Below are positions 11,401-19,336 of a stretch of DNA of 31,024 nucleotides, one piece after another. The notes beneath the pieces are model-generated. The model did no database searches. It worked only from the letters and a program-made list of their open reading frames with translations, and had not been told where the DNA came from. Positions within the stretch are counted from its first letter, which is position 1. Each line of letters begins with the position of its first letter. This stretch comes from a virus (taxonomy: Duplodnaviria > Caudoviricetes). Location: IMG/VR virus record IMGVR_UViG_3300026189_000021, positions 1-31,024 of that record. The stretch is one strand, 5' to 3'. Position numbers and translations under genes: made by a program.

Positions 11401-14400
11401 TGATAGTTTTTAGTATCAGATGACCAAGTTTTATTTGTTGCTGTTATTGTAACATTAGAAACTTGTTTTGTTTCACCATATGATAACATTAAACTATAAG
11501 CCCAAGGCTCATTTGCTTTTTTATTTTGATTGATTTCTCTTAAAGCTGTATCAACGAGTTTAGTATCATTCCAAGTTTTAACATCATTTTTTCTTGCAAG
11601 ATCTAAAATTTTATTTAAAAATTTTAATTTAAATCTTGTATAATCTGTTTCAGCAAATCTTATTGACTTAATAACATCTCTGTCATCACTGTTAACGTGT
11701 GATGCTAACTTCAAGAATGGAGCATCGTGTTGTAAAATATTTTCACTTAAAGTTAAATCTTGTTCTGTATCTCTGTAGCTGTTATTTCCTAAAGCTAATC
11801 CAGTCAATCCTTTTTGATTTGAAATACCACTTGAAAAATGATTCAATAAGTCACCATAATCATAAGTTGTCACGTCTGAGTTTAGTGCATTATTAGTTAA
11901 GTTCTTTGGTACTTCATAGTATGCTCTATACAAGTCTCTTGTATCAAAACTTTTAAACTTAACTAAAATATGATCAGTGCTGTTAGCAGGTGTTTTAAGT
12001 TTAATAAATTGATTGCTTTGTATTTCAAAATCCGTATCTTTTAATTTTTCAACATTATTAATATAAACACGAACACTATCATCATCAGCAATTATTGATT
12101 CGAGTAAAAATAATTCATTGCTTATTTCTTCTTCAACATCATATTCTTGTACTAGACATTGTGATGATTTTGTTCTAACAGGTAGCCATTCGTTGTTGTA
12201 TGTAGTAACTGTGCCATCAGCTAGATTGCTTACATTATTATCAACGACTCTAATGCCAGCACCCATACCACTGTGATTTTTACAGTAGTAATATAACTGA
12301 TCAGGTGTTCCTGCTGTTGGTGTGAACTCTATACATCTTTTTGTTACAGTTGTACTATCAAATGTTGAGCTGTAATATACAGCTTCAGTCACTTCAACAT
12401 CGTTATGGAAATATTTTACCCCGGTAGTATAAGATGTACCACTTGCGTGAGAACCATTGTTCGTAGTACTTAATAAGAATGGATGTACTACTCCTGAATA
12501 TCCTCTAGATGTGAATGAACTGTCATCTAAATTAAAGATATATTTGTTACCTCTAATTAAAATTAAGTTTTGTTGTTCAACATTGTCAACATAATATCTA
12601 TTACCTGTTAGACCACCTTCTGCTGGTTGTACAATTACTTTATATTCATATGTGTCCTGTAATATATTTTTGTAATCGTGTTTTTTATAATATTTGAAAC
12701 CGGCTGGTCCGTTTGTTTCGCTGTTTAAATAATTCTTAAATTCGATTGTACTCAAACTGGTGTAATCAGTATATTTTAAAGGAAACCCTAAATGCTCATC
12801 ATCAGTACCTGTACCAACAGTATAACCAAAAATTTCATTTCCTGAAAAAGTTGAAGAACTGTAGATGCTTGTATTTCCTAATTCATTGCCGTCGGTATCA
12901 TACAAATTAAATTTAGGTGCTTTGTTTATACCTGTTTTTTGTTGAGCTAGTGTCCATTCATATCCAGTCCAGTAATATTCTTTACCTGCATTTTTTGAAC
13001 CGAGTCTTACTGTAATTTTATCTAAATCTTTTACTTTTAATTCACTACCTGAATAATAAGTTGAGTCATCTAAAGCTCTCAATTTAATTACGCCGCCTAC
13101 AAATTTTACTTCATATACTGATGATGAAGCTTTAAACGTACTTGACTTAACGTCCCAACCTGCATCAGATATTCCGTCACCGTCTGAATCATTATCCCAA
13201 GGATCAGCATTTGCGTCCCAAGTAACTAGCTCAGTTTGTGAGTTTGGATTTACAAATAAAACTCTGTAGCCTTCTACTAGTAATATATCATCAACTCTGT
13301 ATGATGATTGATTTTCTATATCACTTACAGATGCACTTGATTCAAGTACATCAACAGTAGTAATGTGCTCGGCACCATAGTTATATAATTCAATGTCTTT
13401 ATTAAATTCAATAATTGGTCTTTGACCTTTTCTTGATTGTGATAATTGAAATGCTGTTTCTCTTAAAAGTGTAGTTGAGTCAAAGTATCCACTATCCCAA
13501 CCTCTAATAGAATCTGTTATAGAATCAAAAGGATGGAATTCTGGCACTTCTTCTTGATAAGTTCTATAGTTTGTAATATTGTCTTTATGTACCCAACCAT
13601 TCGTTCTTGACCAAGGATTCTTGTCCTTACAACCTCTGTTAATTGTAATATAATCTGCTGTTGCAACGTCTGGTATTGTATCATAACGTTCACTATCAAA
13701 ACCTTTTGTAGTATCTACTTGTCCTATTGTGTCAGCTCTATCCCAAGGAATAAAAGTTTCCTTTAAGAATAATTCTGTTTCAACATCTGACGTTTCGACT
13801 AAAGAAATTCCTTCTTTAGATCCTACGCCTTCTATGAATACTTTCTTGTCTTTATAATCTGTACCAACTAGTGAGTTATCACTAAATTGCACTAACATAC
13901 CAGAGCTGAGTGTCACACCATTGGGAGAAGTATAAGATTTTGAACCAATAATATTGTTAGGATCAACTCTATGGTTAACCGTGATTTTATCTCCAGTTAC
14001 AACGTTAATTGAACTGGTGGCAAATGATAAATCCAAACCGGTTGCTACATAATCGCTTGTTGCAACACCATTGACTTCTACTATGTCATTGGGAGCGATT
14101 GAATATGTTAATGCAAAAGTTTTTGAGTTTGCAACAGACTCAAACGATTCAACGAGACCTGATAATATAATAGCAGGTACGTTTAAATCTAAACTTGGAT
14201 ACCAATAGTAATTTTCGTAATTGATAAATTTATCATAATCTATTGGTGCTGTAAATGTGTAATGTTTTTGTCCAAACAATCTGTTTTGATCGATTGTCTT
14301 ACCATTTTCACTATCTATGTAATTTAATATTTCACTATAGAAAATAGAATCAGTTGTAATTTTACTGTCTGGATCTTTAATAATTCCAGCTGGCTCTAAC

Positions 14401-14702
14401 TGATATGTTTTTCTATTTTTAATTTTTTCAGTTTTGTAATTGTCTTTGGAAGGTCTGTAGTTAACATTGGATTTCCTACCAATAAATTCAGTTACCCTAG
14501 TGTCATTAGCTTTACTAAAAGCCTGCTCGACTGTGCCATCGAAAAAGTTTTTCAACTTTTCGTTCTGTAATATCTCAGGTAAAAAAGTGATAGCTTTAGC
14601 TTTGTCATCAGTTGTTGAAACTGATTCACTTACTGTTGCATTTGATGAATTGAATTCTATATCATCACCACTTGCACTACCACCTGAACTTCCATAAGCC
14701 AT
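2481..14702 (-). CDS. Giant multidomain baseplate wedge/virion structural protein (4073 aa)
   Basis: 12.2-kb uninterrupted ORF coupled by TAATG to the gp6-like gene, in the gp7 position. Contains PIDYDKFINYENYYW and YINEAKPYHSKL motifs recalled from jumbo-phage wedge proteins, plus inserted beta-rich modules. Confidence 0.8.
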   Translation of the reverse strand: MAYGSSGGSASGDDIEFNSSNATVSESVSTTDDKAKAITFLPEILQNEKLKNFFDGTVEQAFSKANDTRVTEFIGRKSNVNYRPSKDNYKTEKIKNRKTYQLEPAGIIKDPDSKITTDSIFYSEILNYIDSENGKTIDQNRLFGQKHYTFTAPIDYDKFINYENYYWYPSLDLNVPAIILSGLVESFESVANSKTFALTYSIAPNDIVEVNGVATSDYVATGLDLSFATSSINVVTGDKITVNHRVDPNNIIGSKSYTSPNGVTLSSGMLVQFSDNSLVGTDYKDKKVFIEGVGSKEGISLVETSDVETELFLKETFIPWDRADTIGQVDTTKGFDSERYDTIPDVATADYITINRGCKDKNPWSRTNGWVHKDNITNYRTYQEEVPEFHPFDSITDSIRGWDSGYFDSTTLLRETAFQLSQSRKGQRPIIEFNKDIELYNYGAEHITTVDVLESSASVSDIENQSSYRVDDILLVEGYRVLFVNPNSQTELVTWDANADPWDNDSDGDGISDAGWDVKSSTFKASSSVYEVKFVGGVIKLRALDDSTYYSGSELKVKDLDKITVRLGSKNAGKEYYWTGYEWTLAQQKTGINKAPKFNLYDTDGNELGNTSIYSSSTFSGNEIFGYTVGTGTDDEHLGFPLKYTDYTSLSTIEFKNYLNSETNGPAGFKYYKKHDYKNILQDTYEYKVIVQPAEGGLTGNRYYVDNVEQQNLILIRGNKYIFNLDDSSFTSRGYSGVVHPFLLSTTNNGSHASGTSYTTGVKYFHNDVEVTEAVYYSSTFDSTTVTKRCIEFTPTAGTPDQLYYYCKNHSGMGAGIRVVDNNVSNLADGTVTTYNNEWLPVRTKSSQCLVQEYDVEEEISNELFLLESIIADDDSVRVYINNVEKLKDTDFEIQSNQFIKLKTPANSTDHILVKFKSFDTRDLYRAYYEVPKNLTNNALNSDVTTYDYGDLLNHFSSGISNQKGLTGLALGNNSYRDTEQDLTLSENILQHDAPFLKLASHVNSDDRDVIKSIRFAETDYTRFKLKFLNKILDLARKNDVKTWNDTKLVDTALREINQNKKANEPWAYSLMLSYGETKQVSNVTITATNKTWSSDTKNYQTQSYQSELTDSSAGGLITTYAFSPVNDKDSKSLYVYNNDKLLVMNQDYVITNATDNRIVFVGANKPEVNDVVRIEFFDKKQPVFIPPTPSKLGLYQCYVPGEVIDVDSYNKGPQTFIQGHDGSLNAKFLDDRDRALLELEKRIFNDISNKFIDPDYEAPLSYEKVVSNYFNVKDYSYLEYNQIFRSHVYRWMTFNNVDWQTNDPLLVSDTDWRTWNWSAIRNIKDTVTPGHWRGIYKKFYGTDRPHSHPWEMLGFSMKPTWWDSTYSWTQPDKRDKLLADIENGIIRFGNRENFKDLSYTSRSNIYRRDGFSSYPPVNFQGDLQSPKDIGLCVKDPDRVEGHLNWAIGDIAPAEKAFYISSAMPFALMSALFVMKPTEFAELMFDTLNIDNSNVNKLQKFDKNTGKRHTNNVFVHRETANTSIAVGTGYQQYISERLVNQNKKLETLYGGVVRNITPQLAHKQGAFIDFGSYKAQAEAYSPTSKRTSIYIPDTNINHLLHISPSVQNATYSAIIIEKTIRGWAVHGYDIGKNYFRTTVSLETGPKAPIQVGGKYLDIPYYQPNRSLLVGEYILYEGAYYKVTEAHVSGDSFDPTKFQSVKEPPMEGGASVMYYRAIKENETVDVEYGKEFTTAQEVFDFIVNYGRYLESQGWIFDTINNKIQETYNWLYSAKEFLFWSLGEWPPESIISLSPAANKVKFRPLNGIVASVEDIIGSSYSILDKNGKPIDPSTTTVIRDGASIQITSDENRPIYFVNLYAREIEHVTVFDNVTTFKDVIYDPALAIRQPRLKQTLLRTTDWNGKLEANGYLIDTQRGIISNFETSASDVTTYLDIDKTTNNEELNKAGLRTIGFQNRESLENLEIVDESQTRFYQGFVRQKGTRNAVDKILRTDVISERQEINLYEYYAFKVGEFGGTEINQSMEFRLDPAKIRTNPQIVKFLPRIDNVVTTDVDTDDIITIDADDSKNWTKKPTGSKLSTEIWPTRSESFDLPTAGYVHINDTNYQALTKADLKSQYGNTVASNVEVELGSTNWVAKDDNGDWNVYRLTDTNHGIENVITTNPLTVAMNETAGKLVTTANSTVDAVLPDYKSANASTITTTTYGTKTFQLSLSDQMIEKTIYFTDFGGANANISVANVADGVSSMVVTTAGSGYSVGDTIEAEGNGGSSASGEVATINGSGGITAITLTNPGGGFYGEPGNVSIKTGGTDSAGSGAVIRFKGNNPTYQINTTLTSASTPFTFGETITQANTSATAKVINVYTDGTNTILHVYDVVNNFDNTNQISGGSSGASTTGSHTVTARSGSAYGDSTFGAILSLAINNGGTNYVAPSIAVEGSSPATGVVSATGGVIDKAYVENGSFGYRKEFTVNPTIGITVKDTITDSDNKFIDFTDQLIKPDSIANVQIVINDTFDGSNPQFDIGTTSNPASLISNQSLSTNAVVTSFGTPITDRANATLRIRFATTGSTTGTAKISVNYKKAIYNVFDLPENGVAAPTVVSAYSSTYFDGTNKHPLYTYKDVRLATRNAGIDTSNIGADLKATVKDFVSNVSSDITFVDGDKIWLDNGGDTYWYTMRMTSNATIRARHDDLSFNKGVASKGPVTSLTVDNVGQGYLLAPTVTITPRNGDDTGSGATATAKIDLILNTNSAITVVTGETITQATTGASGTVVAGVTGQTTVTLKDLNGIAFDLNKNNNYNLTGSTSGGLGTYLTNARGNLAAINGLTLTAGGNNYQATPTVTVTPHADDPNNPSGSSYLNPADRHSTAYSITAAVITSVGDDIGSIKIGSNYWIIHSDVDYDQPNASIRQSIYDSSVRTNKKNSQVNTKLFSQSKLTLIDTNDYTSEVPFEVIDPVKNLIPGNAQREINYITQSDPAVYTNHSSTNRVSINSPWDADHVGLTWWDTSTLRYIEYENFSDEYRQNNWGKLFPGSTVDIYEWTESSELPSSYSGDGTVSNTTNYCTISKTSKDGFVSTRYYFWVKNKTTVADSKYRSLSTTQISRLIKNPTSYGINWYAPISTSSLAISNATKHITNDSVFRLNYRKIDKDAPVHKQWLMIKEDDPDTVVDKKIWNKFTDSISGKDAAGKAVPDTTILSKYSQYGNNVRPRQTWFKDIKEARRIFAYTLNNILKSTNLDVDYPEWENTLTDKTLYDKSNFFVSGYDDSIIVDRTVDYKANIDTSTLTDYEVIKVNYDYNSKSAIYVYGDRDVVLNGQAPVATANVDSTSSTATTTTGTYSSYSGTTATTTTTDTTVRTFTGKADNPELVRISSNTSTAQLNNKFWTTTDDISTGVREWMNVLYTYLFLGSQKSFLNKLLFAAVNFIFEEQDNIDWIIKTTYFDAVQKDLSLQQSVSYAPDTFNYVKDYINEAKPYHSKLINYTSKKQTPTENANVNIVESRVSKETLVFDRISKQIELVTENHPDGDTYTSFDETTGTYTSKIVQVFSDDRTQLVELKKKKTSANIQKDGGAGDLTFGSTNSAIERIAKYHFANELAALDVDSTDQVSEFMRKLRVKLSPFRDIDFNSMISDGFATATDFNISSYADDETVESLGFDISDFDTSLKWDEDAVQDFFNTLFQTSLYWTPSTDYTPKISIDGNDQITTNNFVKFNDISHFPSWSAITEYKVKDVVQYQNKLYRCNVQHKNLSGESGMQFSRWDLIDEYVYFAASEHTSTSNFATDYAAGKWNLVVTKFDGGGFLRPMQEDRPEEQFLMKMKETLKITVINYQETAADTKDLDSDGDTTETMGYGDQYAFRIFYGSDNKASFKRLPKVCETALTSNIDLTVNEITVANADVLYDAVSVPDPDTNYDSSGNPTTPALGTIPTIITGSVSDNNPGYIWIGDELIEFSEVSGNTLKKIRRGVLGTPITNHTTSEVIHSASSQHDIPNAEASARWSAFDPAGTQLIFKSVEAGWDSVGWSASDTLEWDLSQLDPTEQAVFIRNGGISNFNLHNTTYVQPGYVTPSGDKTGYFNEE

Positions 14703-17700
14703 TAATATCCCCCGCCTCCGCCGCCGGAGCCACTACCGCCTGAACCACCTGCACTACCAGTTGATCTTAAGTTTGCACCTGTTAGTCCTGACACAATCTC
14801 AACATCATCTACTGAAGCTGTTGAGAAAAATAATTCATTACTTGCCGCTTTAATTTGGAATAAGTCACCAAATTTTGCTTCCGCATCTTTTGGCACAATA
14901 ACAACTGATGAAATTTGTGCTGACAGTTGTCTGTGTATGTAAGCGGCCAATTCACTATAATAAAATGTATCGCCAAAGTCCCAGTTTGTAATTCTAAAGT
15001 AGGCGTTGATTGCTCTTACCACTTCAGTTTTTACTTGGTTGTCTGTGTATGTTGAACCCATTACTTTAACTACTCTAAAGACAGCTTGGTTGACTTCATC
15101 AGCGGTACTACCAAATAATAATTTAAATGATGCAGAAGTATAAACTAACTGATCACTGATTGATTTGTATTTTTCTAATTCAACTAAATTATTTTTAATT
15201 TCTTGAGATGTTGGTGCTATTGGAAAATTAGCCAATGTGTCACCAGACGAATTCCAGTTTAGTACATTTGTGTAATATTCGTTTTGTAATACTACTAGTT
15301 CCATAATGTTTGACACACTAGGATCAATTCTTTGATCTCTTGGTGCGGAATGTCTATATTGGAAATAAAATTTGTTTGCAGTATTGAATGCTCTACCAAT
15401 AAATGATTTGTAAATTGTTGTTCCTATCGTGGCCTGATATGCTCCATCTGAACCTGTTGTTGTTTGTAGCACACCAGCATTATAAAATTTATTTGTAGTT
15501 GTCAAGAATTCAACACCAACGTTGGTTAATGCATTAACCGCCGTAACACCTGTTGTAGTTTTAAAATATGTATATCCGTCATAGTCATCATAGCTTACAA
15601 AGAATATGCTGTTTGTATTATTGATTACATCTTCGTGAGCGATAGGATTATCAGGCATACCGTCATCATCGGAATCCATATTTGTAATTTTTATTTTTCT
15701 AGTATCAACAAATCCATCTGTTTCAACATAGCTGTCGCTAACACTAAAAGTTATTTTACTTTTTAGTTTAGTTGTACTTGAAGGATTACCTAATACAGCA
15801 ACATCTTTATTGATGTCTAATAATTCAATAGTGTCTTTAACAGCTTTTCCAGTTGCACTATCAATATTTTTGTATTCTGGAACATAATAGAATCTAACTT
15901 CTTGGTCACTTTCAAATACATAATCCAGTCCTCTAATTTTAAATTCATATCTTGGATTACTTGCCGAGTCTGCCGCTGGAATATAATTTGCATATATTAA
16001 CCAAGACGTATCACCTGCCAAGGTAGTTGAACCACCGTGTGATTGATTATTTGCTATACTGAAGTTATTAGTTAAATCAATATAGTCATCACTAATTAGA
16101 TACCATTTTTCTGCTTTTGTACTTGCATCTCTGTAATGGAAACCAATACCGAAGTCTACTCCTTTTTCCATTTCAGTTTGTATTGAAGATTTTTCAGAAG
16201 CATTTAATTTTGTTCTTAAGTTTGGAAGTATTTTCCTTACTTTCAAACCTGCTGTGATTGATTGATCTAAAACGATAGACCCTGATGTTTCATTTGATAA
16301 TATTGTACCATCATTGCTTATGCTTACTACAGTAGCCCAAGTAATTGTAGTTGGTGTAGTGTAATCATCTACAAATTCTAGTTTAGTACCCGGTCTAATG
16401 AAACCAAGTTTTTCATCTGATCCATTTGGATTATTATAAACTGTGATCAGTTGCGATTCGTTTGGTCTACCTGTAACTGTTATAGGAGCATTACCAATAT
16501 AAAAGAAACCTGTGTCTGATTTTCCTGCTACAGCAAATGGTTGCCATAATATCTTTTGACCTGCAAGGTTCATTGTAAATTGATTAGCATCGTGTCCTGA
16601 TTCGATAGCAGTTTTATATGTGTCAAAGTAAAAATTCTGTAATTGTACTTTTTTCAATAATGGTGCCAATACATTTTCAATAATATATGTATAACTTGTT
16701 GTATCTACAATAGTACCTGTAATTTCTTCTGTACTTAAAGTGAAATTTGGATTTTTGTATAATACACCATCTTCACCAAATACGTTCACACTTTTAACTG
16801 TGCCAGTTGGATCATTGATGTCAATGTATCTTGAATGTCCTATGTGTGTTTTATTTAATGCTTTCATCTTTTGAATCGTAGTAGATTGTGTTAATGGGAA
16901 AATATTATAGTCTTCAGCATTAACCATTCTATCTTGTGTGTAGAAAGATTTAGGTGCATTGTTTTTAATATCAGCATCTGTTTCTGCCGCCTGTGAATTT
17001 GTAATTGTACTTGCCAATGTTAATGACACAGTTGCAGTATACTCCTGCTGATTTGCATTTACATATTTTATTTTAATTTCTTGATTTTTAATTCTATCTT
17101 TTTTAAGTAATTGTCCTGAACCATTACTTCTTCTATAATAAATTCTAAAACTTCCTTTTGGTGCGTTACCAAAATTACCATCACTAAACAATACTGACAC
17201 TTGATCATTATTTTTAGAGTTTACAGCAAAAATATTTCTTGTGTTTAATGCTAAACTGTTATAGATTGTGTTTTGTCCAAATAATCCTGGAACAGCTTCC
17301 CATTTCTCTGTAGGTACACCGTTTGTATTAATTTTTTGTACCCATACGTCAATGTCATTTATGTTTGAAAAATCTAAATCAACTGTTCTGTTTGGTAATG
17401 GATTTGCAAAACTATAATCTTGGAATCCTAAGTCACCTTCTTTGAAATACATAAAGAAGCCTGTATCAACACTACCAAAGCCTTGATTATCATTTCTATA
17501 TACAAAGTTATATGCTTCTGAACTGTCTGGAGATCTTTCATACAAGTAACCATTTTTATGTATATCAGCTTTTACAACATCAATCGATGTATCAACACCG
17601 TCAACTGATTGTGAAAAGTTTTTAACAACTGATTGTGATGGTGAAGAATTTAAATTATAAATTTCAGTTTTGATAGAATTGATTGTTGCTGATTTAGTTG

Positions 17701-18217
17701 GTGTACCAAACTTGTTAGTTGGATTGAATACTGAATTACAAATTGTTAACCATTGGTCATACCAATCAGTGTTGTTTGCATCGTTCCAATTGATGTTTGC
17801 ATTGGTAAGTTCATTTCCTGAAGAATCTTGTAATGGTTCATTAGTTTTAATTTTTGTAATTTTTAAAAGTCCTCTAGCCGGAACATTTCTTTTTGGTCTG
17901 TAATTAATTAATTTTGTTAACCTAATTATAGAGTCTCTTCTTTCAGCTGTGTCTAAAAAGTTTTCTCTAGAGTTTAAGTCTGTTCTGAAAGCTAAACTCT
18001 GACCTAAGAAAGCAAGTAAGTCTATGATAGCGATAAACTCACTCGATGCAATATAGTCATTGAAGTCTTCCGGATAGTTTATTTGAATATAGTTTAGCAT
18101 TGAATCACGAATTGAATCGTAATCATATGCTTTGAAATCTGCTTGTGAAAATGTTCTATAGATTGTCTGCCAATCTTCTGCTGAAAATAAATTATTTTGT
18201 CTAACTATCTGACTCAT
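14702..18217 (-). CDS. Baseplate wedge subunit, T4 gp6-like (1171 aa)
   Basis: N-terminal YDYDSIRDSMLNYI...DFNDY...LIDLLAF-like segment...ENFLDTAERRDSIIRL...YRPKR, plus FSDGNFGNAP and AETDADIKNNAPKSFYTQDRMVNAEDY. These are gp6/baseplate-J motifs, and the gene follows gp25. Confidence 0.9.
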   Translation of the reverse strand: MSQIVRQNNLFSAEDWQTIYRTFSQADFKAYDYDSIRDSMLNYIQINYPEDFNDYIASSEFIAIIDLLAFLGQSLAFRTDLNSRENFLDTAERRDSIIRLTKLINYRPKRNVPARGLLKITKIKTNEPLQDSSGNELTNANINWNDANNTDWYDQWLTICNSVFNPTNKFGTPTKSATINSIKTEIYNLNSSPSQSVVKNFSQSVDGVDTSIDVVKADIHKNGYLYERSPDSSEAYNFVYRNDNQGFGSVDTGFFMYFKEGDLGFQDYSFANPLPNRTVDLDFSNINDIDVWVQKINTNGVPTEKWEAVPGLFGQNTIYNSLALNTRNIFAVNSKNNDQVSVLFSDGNFGNAPKGSFRIYYRRSNGSGQLLKKDRIKNQEIKIKYVNANQQEYTATVSLTLASTITNSQAAETDADIKNNAPKSFYTQDRMVNAEDYNIFPLTQSTTIQKMKALNKTHIGHSRYIDINDPTGTVKSVNVFGEDGVLYKNPNFTLSTEEITGTIVDTTSYTYIIENVLAPLLKKVQLQNFYFDTYKTAIESGHDANQFTMNLAGQKILWQPFAVAGKSDTGFFYIGNAPITVTGRPNESQLITVYNNPNGSDEKLGFIRPGTKLEFVDDYTTPTTITWATVVSISNDGTILSNETSGSIVLDQSITAGLKVRKILPNLRTKLNASEKSSIQTEMEKGVDFGIGFHYRDASTKAEKWYLISDDYIDLTNNFSIANNQSHGGSTTLAGDTSWLIYANYIPAADSASNPRYEFKIRGLDYVFESDQEVRFYYVPEYKNIDSATGKAVKDTIELLDINKDVAVLGNPSSTTKLKSKITFSVSDSYVETDGFVDTRKIKITNMDSDDDGMPDNPIAHEDVINNTNSIFFVSYDDYDGYTYFKTTTGVTAVNALTNVGVEFLTTTNKFYNAGVLQTTTGSDGAYQATIGTTIYKSFIGRAFNTANKFYFQYRHSAPRDQRIDPSVSNIMELVVLQNEYYTNVLNWNSSGDTLANFPIAPTSQEIKNNLVELEKYKSISDQLVYTSASFKLLFGSTADEVNQAVFRVVKVMGSTYTDNQVKTEVVRAINAYFRITNWDFGDTFYYSELAAYIHRQLSAQISSVVIVPKDAEAKFGDLFQIKAASNELFFSTASVDDVEIVSGLTGANLRSTGSAGGSGGSGSGGGGGGY

Positions 18218-18642
18218 TATAATGTTTCTTTCTCAAAATCTAATTGCAAGTTAATTTTTTTATCGAATGGTCTAGTGTTCATTGAAATTCTGACAGCCAC
18301 ACCATTTTCATATTCTTCGACGCTTGTAGAGATCAATTGGACTCTCGGATCTGAATTGATAATTCTTTTGCAATCCTCAACCATATCTTCCTTTGTTGAC
18401 TCGTCCAATGGTTCATATAATAGGTCCCAAATAATTGAACCAAAATCTGGATTCATAACCCTCTCACCTTTTCTAGTATAAAAGTGGTTAATCAAATCTT
18501 GTTTGATAATATCTAGATCATAAAGCTGGTTGGATTTGACACCTGCTACCGTGCTGAACCCTTTGTAGGTCGCACCACTGGAGCCTGTACCACTAAATGT
18601 GCTGATTTGCACTTCACCGCTGTTTGAACTATTGTATGCCAT
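18217..18642 (-). CDS. Baseplate wedge subunit, gp25-like (141 aa)
   Basis: IKQDLINHFYTRKGERVMNPDFGSIIWDLLYEP...DPRV is the gp25/GPW signature. Confidence 0.93.
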   Translation of the reverse strand: MAYNSSNSGEVQISTFSGTGSSGATYKGFSTVAGVKSNQLYDLDIIKQDLINHFYTRKGERVMNPDFGSIIWDLLYEPLDESTKEDMVEDCKRIINSDPRVQLISTSVEEYENGVAVRISMNTRPFDKKINLQLDFEKETL

Positions 18643-18654
18643 AATTTACTTCTC

Positions 18655-18671
18655 TACTAATATTTATAGTG
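18655..18671 (-). promoter_or_regulatory. gp55-dependent late promoter
   Basis: Minus strand CACTATAAATATTAGTA contains the T4 late box TATAAATA. Identical to 26516-26532. Confidence 0.8.
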
Positions 18672-18715
18672 GTTTTTAAATGCTACTATAATTATACTTA
18701 TTATTTGAAAATCTG

Positions 18716-18743
18716 TTGACAGCTAAATATAGTTGTATATAAT
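18716..18743 (+). promoter_or_regulatory. sigma70-type early promoter for clpP
   Basis: TTGACA (18716-18721), 16-nt spacer, TATAAT (18738-18743). Confidence 0.75.
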
Positions 18744-18771
18744 ATCGAGCAACGATTGGGCAAATAATAAG

Positions 18772-19332
18772 ATGAAAAAATATGAAAATTGGGGTGCTGA
18801 GGATCAAATCGATCTGAAATTATTAGACAATGATGTACATTATTTGTCTGGAGAAATCACTGAGGAAAATGTATCCAAAGCAATCAAGTGGATACTGTCA
18901 GCCAACCTAGTTAAAAAGCCCAAACGTACTTTACAACTTTATGTTAACTCTACTGGTGGAGATCTTTACGAAACATTTGCCCTAATCGACGTAATGAAAA
19001 AGAGTCATCACGACATCTCCACTATTGGAGTTGGTGCCATAATGAGTGCCGCTTTCCTAATATTTGCAAGTGGAAAACAGGGTAAAAGATATATTGGATA
19101 TAACACTGGTATTATGAACCATCAACACTCTGATGCGATGGAATCCAAGATGCACGATATGAAATCCCAAATGCAGGAGAATCAAAATTGCGAAGAAAGA
19201 TGCTTTAAAATATTGAAAGAAGCAACTGGAATGACAATGGCGAAAGTAAAACAAAAATTGGATTCTCCAAGCGATCAATACTTTACGGCAAAACAGCTTC
19301 TTGACTTAAACATAGCAGATCATATATTATAA
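18772..19332 (+). CDS. clpP: ClpP-like serine protease subunit
   Basis: YLSGEI, LYVNSTGG, GAIMSAA (catalytic Ser), IMNHQ (His) and DQYFTAKQLLDLNIADHIL (Asp). Start moved to ATG 18772 because the track's TTG at 18733 lies inside the promoter. Confidence 0.9.
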   Translation: MKKYENWGAEDQIDLKLLDNDVHYLSGEITEENVSKAIKWILSANLVKKPKRTLQLYVNSTGGDLYETFALIDVMKKSHHDISTIGVGAIMSAAFLIFASGKQGKRYIGYNTGIMNHQHSDAMESKMHDMKSQMQENQNCEERCFKILKEATGMTMAKVKQKLDSPSDQYFTAKQLLDLNIADHIL

Positions 19333-19336
19333 TAGT

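Noticed and set aside
2481-14702. Intein or stop-codon recoding explaining the giant ORF
   Set aside because: No intein terminal or LAGLIDADG motifs noticed. Genes tile tightly under the standard code, using TAA and TGA stops.
816-17903. Many 60-100 aa ORFs antisense to or out of frame within the structural genes
   Set aside because: Fully nested in long, motif-supported ORFs, with mostly TTG/GTG starts and no RBS. Typical shadow ORFs.
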